A DNA stretch of 64,000 nucleotides, from positions 3,008,001-3,072,000 of the forward strand of contig CBDDFZ010000001.1 of NCBI GenBank assembly GCA_965227515.1, read 5' to 3'. The stretch comes from Alphaproteobacteria bacterium (GTDB lineage: Bacteria; Pseudomonadota; Alphaproteobacteria; CALKHQ01). The notes under the pieces are model-generated. The model did not search any database and had not been told where the DNA came from. It saw nothing but the letters and a program-made list of their open reading frames with translations. Position 1 is the stretch's first letter. Each line of letters starts with the position of its first letter. Below are positions 30,975-40,734 of this stretch, one piece after another. The position numbers and the translations under genes were made by a program.

Positions 30975-31142
30975 CTAGTGGAATGAAATTGACATTTGAA
31001 CATCGACTGCAGCGCGCAACCGATCAAATGTCAATTTCGAAAATTCCACTAGAAGACAATCGCTTGCTAGTGGTTCTGGTGTTTCCAACATTTGCAATCG
31101 GTGTAGCCGTTGCGACAGCAAATGTTGGAAACGAACCACTAG
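30975..31142. mobile_element. AT-rich MITE-like double-hairpin element with CTAG ends
   Basis: Two palindromic units of the form CTAGTGG...ACATTTG / CAAATGT...CCACTAG, at 30975-31052 and 31067-31142. They are flanked by GGGGCGGGC and GCCCGCCCC. Confidence 0.7.
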
Positions 31143-31169
31143 TGCCCGCCCCGACTGTGCCGTGACAGG

Positions 31170-32477
31170 CTAGCTGTTGTCTTCCTCGAACTGGCGCAAC
31201 AACTCGTTGCCGCGCTCGACCATGGCGTTCAGGGCTTCCTCGGCCGACTTCTGGCCGCCCCAGACCGCTTCCAGCTCCTCGTTGAAGATGTCGCGGATCT
31301 GCACGAAGCTGCCGAAGCGCAGGCCCTTCGAGTTCGCCGTCGGCTCGTTCAGGGTCATCTGGTTGATGGCCACGTCCGCGCCTTCGTTCTCGTCGTAGTA
31401 ACCCTGCTCCTTGGTCAGCTCATAGGCCGCATAGGTGATCGGCAGGTAACCGGTGAACTGGTGCCAGTCCGCCTGCACTTCGGCCGACGACAGATAGCTG
31501 AAGAACTGGGCGACACCCGGATACTGCGCGTCATCGTTGCCGGCAAGCACCCACAGCGTGGCGCCGCCGATGATGCTGTTCTGCGGCGCGCCCTCGACGT
31601 CGGGCCAGTACGGCAGCATCGACGTGCCGAACTCGAAGCCCTCGATCGAGGCAATGAGCCCCGCGCGGCCGGCCGACGAGTTGAAGTACATGGCGCAATG
31701 GCCGCTGGTGAACAGGCCCTGGCCATCACCGCGGCGGCCGCCATATTCGAAGATGCCCGATTCGGACCACTCTTCCATCGCGCTGATGTGGGCGATGTGC
31801 AGCGGGCTGTTGACCTCGAACTCCGTGGCCAGGCCCTCGAACCCGTTCGACAGCGTGCCGATCGGCACGTTGTGCCAGGCCGAGAAGTTCTCGATCATCA
31901 CCCACGACTGCCACGCGGTGGTGAAACCGCATTCGGCCAGGCCGGCGTCCAGAATGGTCTGGGCGTCCTCGGCCAGTTCCGGCCAGGTGGTCGGCGGGCC
32001 ATCGATGCCGGCCTCGGCAAAGATGTTCTTGTTCCAGTACATGACCGGAGTCGAGCTGTTGAACGGCATAGACAGCATGTTGCCGTCGGGGTCGGTGTAG
32101 TAGCCGGTGACCGACGCCAGATACGCGCTGGGGTCGAACGGCTCTTCCATGTCGGCCATCAGTTGGTAGACCGGATAGATCGCGCCTTCGGCGGCCATCA
32201 TCGTCGCGGTGCCAACCTCAAAGACCTGCACGATCTCAGGCTGCTCGCCGGCGCGGAAGGCGGCAATCGCCGCGTTCATGGTCTCGGTGTAGTTGCCCTT
32301 GTAGACCGCGGTCACGACGAAGTCGGACTGAGTGGCATTGAAGCCGGCGGCGATCTCCTCGACCTTTTCGCCGAGCGCACCGCCCATGGCGTGCCACCAC
32401 TCGATCTCGGTCTGCGCGTAAGCCTGGCCCGCGCCCATCATCGTCAGTGCCGTCGCACCGAACAGCCACTTTTGCAT
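31170..32477 (-). CDS. ugpB: sn-glycerol-3-phosphate-binding periplasmic protein
   Basis: Signal peptide, then EWWHAMGG, QVFEVGTATMM, MPFNSSTP, PQNSIIGGA and WHQFTGYLP. Confidence 0.93.
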   Translation of the reverse strand: MQKWLFGATALTMMGAGQAYAQTEIEWWHAMGGALGEKVEEIAAGFNATQSDFVVTAVYKGNYTETMNAAIAAFRAGEQPEIVQVFEVGTATMMAAEGAIYPVYQLMADMEEPFDPSAYLASVTGYYTDPDGNMLSMPFNSSTPVMYWNKNIFAEAGIDGPPTTWPELAEDAQTILDAGLAECGFTTAWQSWVMIENFSAWHNVPIGTLSNGFEGLATEFEVNSPLHIAHISAMEEWSESGIFEYGGRRGDGQGLFTSGHCAMYFNSSAGRAGLIASIEGFEFGTSMLPYWPDVEGAPQNSIIGGATLWVLAGNDDAQYPGVAQFFSYLSSAEVQADWHQFTGYLPITYAAYELTKEQGYYDENEGADVAINQMTLNEPTANSKGLRFGSFVQIRDIFNEELEAVWGGQKSAEEALNAMVERGNELLRQFEEDNS

Positions 32478-32669
32478 GCGTCTCCTCCTCCGGGGTGTTG
32501 GCGAGCACCCTAATTAGGGCACGCGCGAAGAGCCTTTTATTTCTCTTTTGAGAAGGATTTATGACAGACGGCGGCGCGTCTGTTAACGCCAAAACGGCCG
32601 GCCGGGGCGTCACCTCAACGTGACGACCTTTGTATTGTTTCCGGCGGGTGCGGTGGCCAAAATGCAAAC

Positions 32670-33653
32670 ATGACGAAATGGAAACGTTGGGCGGGTGCGC
32701 TCGCCGCCGGAATGGCAGCCGCGGTGCTTGCGGTGTCGGCGGCTATGGCCGGCCCGGATGGCTGGCGGCACCGCTGGCCCAACACGGACTTCACCCAGTA
32801 CTCCATCGACTATCACGAGATCATCAGCGGCGGCCCGCCGAGGGACGGCATACCGTCCATCGACGATCCGACATTCGTGCCGGTCGGCGACCGCGATATC
32901 GATCTGGTCGGGACCGAGCCCGTGATCGTGTTCGCGCTCGACGGCGTCGCGCGGGCTTATCCTCTGCGCATCCTGATGTTCCACGAGATCGTCAATGACG
33001 TGGTGGCCGGCCAGCCCGTTGCCGTGACCTACTGCCCGCTGTGCAATGCTTCGATCGTGTTCGACCGCACGGTGAACGGCACGGTGCTGGAGTTCGGCAC
33101 GACCGGGCTGCTGCGCAACTCCGACCTGGTGATGTACGACCGGGCGACGGAGAGCTGGTGGCAGCAGTTCGTCGGCACGGCCATCGTCGGCGAGATGACC
33201 GGCGCGGTGCTGGCCATGCTGCCGTCGCAGGTGGTGCCGTACCGCGAGTTCGCCGACCGATACCCGGACGGCGAGGTGCTGGTGCCGCCGCGCGCGACCG
33301 GGTCATACGGCCGCAACCCCTATGTCGACTACGACACCTCGTCCTGGCCGTTCCTGTTCGATGGCGACTACTACGGCGATCTGGCCCCGTTGGACTATGT
33401 GCTGAAGGTGGGCGAGCAGGCGTGGTCGCTCGCGCTGCTGCGCCAGCAGGGCACGATCCAGATCGACGGCATGACGATTCGCTGGGAGCCGGGCATGAAC
33501 TCGGCCCTCGATGCCAGCCCGATCCCGATGGGACGGGACATCGGCTATGTGTACGTCAACGGGCCGGACGGTGCGCCGGTGGTGCATGACGTGACGTTCG
33601 CCTTCGCGTTCTACGCCTTCCATCCCGACGGCACCATCCACCACATCGAGTAG
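32670..33653 (+). CDS. DUF3179 family secreted protein
   Basis: Signal peptide, GGPPRDGIPSID, HEIVND, TYCPLCN and SDLVMYDRATESWWQQ motifs. Confidence 0.85.
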   Translation: MTKWKRWAGALAAGMAAAVLAVSAAMAGPDGWRHRWPNTDFTQYSIDYHEIISGGPPRDGIPSIDDPTFVPVGDRDIDLVGTEPVIVFALDGVARAYPLRILMFHEIVNDVVAGQPVAVTYCPLCNASIVFDRTVNGTVLEFGTTGLLRNSDLVMYDRATESWWQQFVGTAIVGEMTGAVLAMLPSQVVPYREFADRYPDGEVLVPPRATGSYGRNPYVDYDTSSWPFLFDGDYYGDLAPLDYVLKVGEQAWSLALLRQQGTIQIDGMTIRWEPGMNSALDASPIPMGRDIGYVYVNGPDGAPVVHDVTFAFAFYAFHPDGTIHHIE

Positions 33654-33659
33654 GCCGCC

Positions 33660-34424
33660 ATGCGCACGAACACGACCGCGCTCCAGGTGCTTTGCGGACT
33701 ATCGGCGACGGTTGGGCTTGCCGTGGGGGCCGCCATGCCCGGCTCGGCGGCGGAACCCGATCGGGTGGCGGTGGTGGAGCTGTTCACCTCGCAGAGCTGC
33801 TATTCCTGCCCGCCGGCCGAGGCCTATCTCGGCGAACTGGCGGCGCGCGACGGCGTGATCGCGCTGGAGTGGCATGTCGACTATTGGGACGACCTGGTCT
33901 ATGGCAGCCACGGGCGCTGGCAGGATCGCTTCTCCAGCGCGGCGCACACGGCCCGCCAGTCAGCCTACAACGCGGCGATTCGGGGCACCAACGGCGTCTA
34001 CACACCGCAAATGGTGATCAACGGTGCCGTCGAGGCGGTCGGTTCGCGGACCGACACCGTCGATGCCATTCTGAACGCCGCCCTGGCTGACGGGCCGGTG
34101 TTGCCGCTGACCTTGTCGGCCGAGGGCATCGGCGCGATGGCGCTGGCGCCGCAGGCGTTGCCGGCGCGCGACACCAGGCTGTGGCTGGTCACGTTCATCG
34201 AAGCCGAGGTCACGGACGTGCGCAACGGCGAGAATCACGGCAAGATTCTGGAAAACCATCACATCGTGGTCGACGTGCGCGACCTGGGTGCCTGGGATGG
34301 TGCGACTCGCATGGACATCGGCGAGATGGCGCTGCAGCCGGGTGAGGGGTGTGCGGTGCTGGCGCAGGCCGCGGGGCCGGGGCCTATCGTGGCGGCGGGC
34401 TATTGCCCGGATGCCGGGGCGTAA
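33660..34424 (+). CDS. DUF1223 family thioredoxin-like secreted protein
   Basis: VVELFTSQSCYSCPPA, HVDYWD, YTPQMVING and RNGENHG motifs. Confidence 0.88.
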   Translation: MRTNTTALQVLCGLSATVGLAVGAAMPGSAAEPDRVAVVELFTSQSCYSCPPAEAYLGELAARDGVIALEWHVDYWDDLVYGSHGRWQDRFSSAAHTARQSAYNAAIRGTNGVYTPQMVINGAVEAVGSRTDTVDAILNAALADGPVLPLTLSAEGIGAMALAPQALPARDTRLWLVTFIEAEVTDVRNGENHGKILENHHIVVDVRDLGAWDGATRMDIGEMALQPGEGCAVLAQAAGPGPIVAAGYCPDAGA

Positions 34425-34559
34425 TCCGCCCTGGGGCAGGAAGTCACTCTACGGAAATCATCAAACAATGCGGGTGCGCACCGCCCCCAGCCGGCCACGA
34501 TCGTTCGTCGTCGTGGCCGGCCAGGCGCGTATGCAGCTTAGGGTGGTCATCGCAGCGGG

Positions 34560-34775
34560 TTAGCGCTGGTAGGTGCCGGCGGCAACCGCCGAGAAGTCGG
34601 CGCGGGTGATGCCGATGTCGTCAAGGGTGCGGTCATCCAGCATGCGCAGTTCGTGCATCACGCGGTTGTACTCGCGGCGCTCATTCCACCACGCGGCAAT
34701 GTGGTGCATCAGGCCGTGCTTGACGCGGTAGGTGCCGGCGCCGGCAACATTGGTGTCGAAGGTGGTAACGGTCAT
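34560..34775 (-). CDS. DUF1127 (YjiS-like) small protein
   Basis: ELRMLDDRTLDDIGITRAD motif, with a GGAG RBS upstream. Confidence 0.88.
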   Translation of the reverse strand: MTVTTFDTNVAGAGTYRVKHGLMHHIAAWWNERREYNRVMHELRMLDDRTLDDIGITRADFSAVAAGTYQR

Positions 34776-34942
34776 TGGGATCTCCTATCAGTGTGCGACT
34801 GCGAACACGGCGTCGCGCCGTGGTGTCGCTCATCCAGATAAGTGCATGATCCTACAATGTCATTACCCTTAGCCCCGCGTATTGTGCGTTGCAGCATTAC
34901 GCATTTTGCAAGGCATTAACCTTGCTGTAACCAACGCGGCCG

Positions 34943-35992
34943 TCAGCCCAGTCGCACAATCTGCTTTCCGGTGTTCTGCCCGGACAGAACGCGCACCAGG
35001 GCAGCGGGCGCGTTCTCCAGTCCATCGACCACATCCTCGGCATAGCGCAGCCGCCCGTCGCGCACCAACGGGGTCAGCGCGGCCACGGCCTCCTCCAGCC
35101 GGTGGAAATGGTCCAGCACCAGGAAGCCTTCCATCCGGGCACGGTGGACCAGCAGGGCGCGGTTGTAGCGCGGGCCCATCGGGGCCGGTGCCGACGGGAT
35201 GCCGATGGTGCCGCAGACCACGATGCGGGCACGATCGTTGATCAGCTCGATGGCCGCGTCGCATTGGTCGCCGCCGACATTGTCGAAGAACACGTCGATG
35301 CCGTCGGGGCAGGCGTCCGCCAGGGCCGCGGTCAGCGCCTCCACGGAGCCGTGCTTGCGGTAGTTGATCGCCGCGTCGAACCCGAACACATCCAGGCATT
35401 GGGCGACCTTCTCATCCGATCCCGTCAGCCCGACAGTGCGGCAGCCGAGATCCTTCGCGATCTGGCCGACCGCGCTGCCCACCGCGCCAGCCGCAGTCGA
35501 TACCAGCACCGTCTCGCCGGTCTTCGGCTGGCCCACCTCCATCAGCCCGAACCAGGCGGTGGCGCCATTGATGCCGAGGGCGCCCAATGACGTGGAAATC
35601 GGCGCCACGTCAGGGTCGACCACGCGATCGACCGTCTTGCCGTCGCTGAGTGCGAATTCCTGCCAGCCGAAGCGCCCGAAGACGCATTGCCCGACTGGGT
35701 GGTCGGGGTGCCGGCTTTCCAGGACCTCGCCGACCGCAAAGCTGAACATGACGTCGCCCAGCGGCACCGGCTCGCGGTAGTTCGCGTTCTCCGCGATCCA
35801 GCCGCGCATGGCCGGGTCGATGGACAGGAACCGGTTGTGGACCACGAACTCGCCATCGCCGGGCGTGGGCCGCGCTCGGGTCTCCAGGGCGAACAGATTT
35901 GTCGTCACGGCCCCTTGCGGCCGTGCCCGCAGCACGACGCACGCATTGCCGTCAGGCTTGGTCATAGAAGTGGTCTCCGTTGCCGCGGCCAT
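34943..35992 (-). CDS. NADP-dependent oxidoreductase (MDR; prostaglandin reductase/CurA-like)
   Basis: LSIDPAMRGW, STAAGAVGS, FFDNVGG and NTGKQIV motifs. Confidence 0.92.
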   Translation of the reverse strand: MAAATETTSMTKPDGNACVVLRARPQGAVTTNLFALETRARPTPGDGEFVVHNRFLSIDPAMRGWIAENANYREPVPLGDVMFSFAVGEVLESRHPDHPVGQCVFGRFGWQEFALSDGKTVDRVVDPDVAPISTSLGALGINGATAWFGLMEVGQPKTGETVLVSTAAGAVGSAVGQIAKDLGCRTVGLTGSDEKVAQCLDVFGFDAAINYRKHGSVEALTAALADACPDGIDVFFDNVGGDQCDAAIELINDRARIVVCGTIGIPSAPAPMGPRYNRALLVHRARMEGFLVLDHFHRLEEAVAALTPLVRDGRLRYAEDVVDGLENAPAALVRVLSGQNTGKQIVRLG

Positions 35993-36150
35993 CGCGGGCG
36001 TTCCGTGACGTGACGGTTGTCACCGCGATTGCAGTTGTGATCGTGCTATTAACCCTCCCGCTGCGATCGAAGATTAGTATGTCGCAGAGGAGATGTGGGT
36101 TATCCCAGCTTCGAAGCGACATACAGGGCGGAACGGAAAGAGGAAAGACA

Positions 36151-37011
36151 ATGGCGGGCAAAGGCGACATTTATTGGGAAGCCATTCAGAAGCAGATGAT
36201 GAATGCCATCGGCGGCAATGACGAGCCGGTCAGCACCGACGATGCATTCTGGGCCGTCATGGATGTTACGGCGGCCATCTGCGATGGCGCGAGCGACATT
36301 CCGATTGTCGGCATTGTTTCGGGCGCGGTGGGCGCGCTTTACGGCGCGATGAAGGACGCCAAGCCGGAAATGGTGCCGAACCCGTGGTTCATCTGGAACG
36401 GCCACGACGAGCCCAGCTATGCCTACACCAAGAAGTACCTGCGCAACCGCAACCTGAAGAACCTGGCGTCCGGCCTGCTGGGCAGCGCCGGTAGTGCCGG
36501 CAGCATAGCGACCCAGGTCGACGTTGCCGGCATCATGATTCACGGCAACGCGGTGGCCTCCACGGCGATGCACATGATCAAGCTGAAGGCCATCGGCGCC
36601 GGCTACAAGCGGTCGGAAACGATCACGTCGTGGGTCGACCTGCTGATGAAGATGAAGGCGTTCAAGGCCGGCATTCGCGGCACCCAGTTCGCCGGGGCCG
36701 CCATTCCCATCGGCGCCATCGGCATCACCACTGGCGTCATCGCGGCGGGCGTCAAGCTCGGGGTCAAGCTGACCCAGACCAAGGCATGCCTGGCAACCGC
36801 GTCGGCCCTGCACTGGCGCGCCTATCAGGAGCAGGCGATCAGCGGCGGCCTGCTGGGCAAACGCGGCCAGGTCGGCCCGGCCAGCAAGATCCTCTACGAG
36901 ATCTTCGAGAAGCGCGGCGCCACGCGCATCTTCGGCAAGTACGAGGTGGACAAGATCATCAAGGAGCCGTCGGGCTGGATGTGCGTCAACGACAAGCTGA
37001 TGCTGATCTGA
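36151..37011 (+). CDS. Hypothetical protein (286 aa) with Gly/Ala-rich hydrophobic helices
   Basis: Strong GC3 codon bias and a purine-rich RBS (GAAAGAGGAAAG) before the ATG at 36151. No family recognised. Confidence 0.75.
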   Translation: MAGKGDIYWEAIQKQMMNAIGGNDEPVSTDDAFWAVMDVTAAICDGASDIPIVGIVSGAVGALYGAMKDAKPEMVPNPWFIWNGHDEPSYAYTKKYLRNRNLKNLASGLLGSAGSAGSIATQVDVAGIMIHGNAVASTAMHMIKLKAIGAGYKRSETITSWVDLLMKMKAFKAGIRGTQFAGAAIPIGAIGITTGVIAAGVKLGVKLTQTKACLATASALHWRAYQEQAISGGLLGKRGQVGPASKILYEIFEKRGATRIFGKYEVDKIIKEPSGWMCVNDKLMLI

Positions 37012-37025
37012 TCTGCGAATGCACT

Positions 37026-37306
37026 GTCGCCCTCGGGTTTATCCCGAGGGCATGCCTACCACCTACCAGCCCAACATCGTCATCCTCGGGCTTGTCCCTA
37101 TCGGACTCACACATATCGCCAATACACAATTGTCGTCCTCGCCCTTGTGGCGAGGACCCATGTGTGTCCAGTACTCAGTAGGTTGAGGTCAGCCGGCAAC
37201 TGAAACGGCGATTGGCCATAGGCGATGGGCCGCCCGGACAACCTCAATCGGCACTGGCCCAGACCGCCCCGCAAATGGGCCCTCGCGACGAGCGCGAGGG
37301 CGGCGA
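37026..37306. repeat. Cluster of degenerate CGTC-type REP half-units
   Basis: GTCGCCCTCGGG..CCCGAGGGC, CGTCATCCTCGGGCTTGTCCC, GTCGTCCTCGCCCTTGTGGCGAGGACCCA and an inverted TGGGCCCTCGCG..GCGAGGGCGGCG, between convergent genes. Confidence 0.65.
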
Positions 37307-37352
37307 AGGAGGGCTGTTTGGCAGTAGCGTCGCCGCGCTACTCGTTCGATCG

Positions 37353-39056
<1,704 letters not shown>

Positions 39057-39082
39057 ACAATGATAATCGGAACCGGTGCCCC

Positions 39083-39466
39083 TCAGGCCGAGACCTGGAT
39101 GTACCCCCGCTCGATCACCCGCTCCAGGGCCTCGTAGGCGCCGCGCAACTCGTCATAGGCTTGGCGGGCGTGGGTGAGGGCGTCCAGCGTTTCGGCGTTC
39201 GGCACGCCAGTGGAGGCAGAAATCTCAAGCGCCTTGGCCAGATAGACCGCCCGCAGTTCGGCGATCCGCACCGCCATGCGGGTCAGCGCGTCGCGGTCGA
39301 AGCCGGGCAGCTTGCGGCGCAGGATCTCCTGGTTCGCCGACATGATGGTGCGGTCCAGTTCCTCGCGCAGGCGCAACAGGCCCTGGCGGCGCTGCTTGTC
39401 CAATTCGTCGGTCGTGGACAACCGGTCGATCTTGCGGGTCTCGACCATTCCCGAATAGCGGCTCAT
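39083..39466 (-). CDS. Hypothetical helical protein (127 aa)
   Basis: GC3-biased ORF with a GGAG RBS. A CtrA-like box TTAA-N7-TTAG lies upstream at 39529-39543. Confidence 0.75.
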   Translation of the reverse strand: MSRYSGMVETRKIDRLSTTDELDKQRRQGLLRLREELDRTIMSANQEILRRKLPGFDRDALTRMAVRIAELRAVYLAKALEISASTGVPNAETLDALTHARQAYDELRGAYEALERVIERGYIQVSA

Positions 39467-39579
39467 GCCACGGTCTCCAAGGGGCGCTTCGACGGAACGG
39501 AAGCGCCGCCATGGTGGCGGAGTCAGCCTTAATATCCGGTTAGCCGACCGCCGGACTCACCCACTGGGCGTTGCCGGTC

Positions 39580-40686
39580 TTACGGGAAGTAGAAGCTGCC
39601 GTCCCAACTGCCATAGCTGTCGGAAGACACACCATTCTGCACCGAGGCGTCATAGGACCCCTGGCCCGCCGCCGGCACGGCCGTGATCACACCGCCGGCC
39701 AAGCCGACGACACCGGCATGCAGCGCCGCGGTGCACAGGCTGGAATCGTCGGTGTAGATGCCGCTGCCCCAGACCGCGCCGCCGAAGGTGTCCGGCGCAC
39801 AATGGCAGGTCAGCGGCGCCGAGGTGCCGCGCAGCTCCATCATGTTGCCGGGGCACGCCTTGGCGTCTGCGTCGGTCAGCAACTCGGCGGGCACGTCGAC
39901 ATTGGGGAAGACATAGCTCCAGTTGAAGGCGGGATAGTCGGCGCTGACGACCCCGTTGCTCTCTGTCCCCTGGTAGCTGTCCTGCCCCGGCGCGCCCTTC
40001 ACCACGATCATGCCGCCGCCGGGGCCGACGGCGCCGGCATGCAGGGCCGCGGCGCACAGCGGTGAATCGTGGGTGTAGGTGCCGGTGCCCCATACGGTGC
40101 CGGTCATGGCATCGGGGGCGCAGTAGCAGATGATGGTCAGTGTGGAGTCGACATGCGCCCCGAAAGTCGCCGGGCAGACGGCGTTCGTATCCAGCGCCAC
40201 GATGCTGCCAACCGGCGGGCCGCTGGGCGGCACCGAGACCGCCGGGCCCGGCAGACCGCCGCCATCGGCCAGGCAGTCGCCGACATACCAGCGCAGGCCC
40301 TGCAGGCCGGCACCGTTGAAATTGGGATTGCTCCAGTCCGGGAATTGCTGCTCGTCGGTGTAGAAGCCCCACATCCAGCGGTGCTTGTCGGCGCCGTACT
40401 GGGCCCAATTGTCCGGCTCGAAATTGGAGAAGATGCCACCGGCGGCGAACAGGCCGTACTGATTGATCCGCCAGGGCTTGCGGCCATTGAACTCGGTGTC
40501 GCCGTTGTAGGCGTTGAGGGTGGATGCGGCGTAGTCGATCCACTCGTCGATACAGGCGCGGCCCGTGTCGGTTTCCCAGGCGTCCTGTGCGCTGGACGGT
40601 GCAGCAGACAGCGCAAGAAACCCGGCCCCGAGCACGCCGGCAAGCCAAGGTAATGCGCGGTGCGGTTTGGTTTCGCCTGTCCTCAT
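39580..40686 (-). CDS. Secreted protein with two C-terminal LCCL domains
   Basis: Signal peptide, then tandem VWGTGTYTHDSPLCAAALHAG and VWGSGIYTDDSSLCTAALHAG, each followed by Y...NGV.S. Confidence 0.85.
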   Translation of the reverse strand: MRTGETKPHRALPWLAGVLGAGFLALSAAPSSAQDAWETDTGRACIDEWIDYAASTLNAYNGDTEFNGRKPWRINQYGLFAAGGIFSNFEPDNWAQYGADKHRWMWGFYTDEQQFPDWSNPNFNGAGLQGLRWYVGDCLADGGGLPGPAVSVPPSGPPVGSIVALDTNAVCPATFGAHVDSTLTIICYCAPDAMTGTVWGTGTYTHDSPLCAAALHAGAVGPGGGMIVVKGAPGQDSYQGTESNGVVSADYPAFNWSYVFPNVDVPAELLTDADAKACPGNMMELRGTSAPLTCHCAPDTFGGAVWGSGIYTDDSSLCTAALHAGVVGLAGGVITAVPAAGQGSYDASVQNGVSSDSYGSWDGSFYFP

Positions 40687-40734
40687 GATCCCCCTCCGGA
40701 ATGGTCGTTGCCGGGCCGGCTCGAATGAGAACGG

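Noticed and set aside
34425-34560. Cuckoo/CcsR-type sRNA downstream of the DUF1127 gene
   Set aside because: No CCUCCUCCC loop motifs were found on the minus strand.
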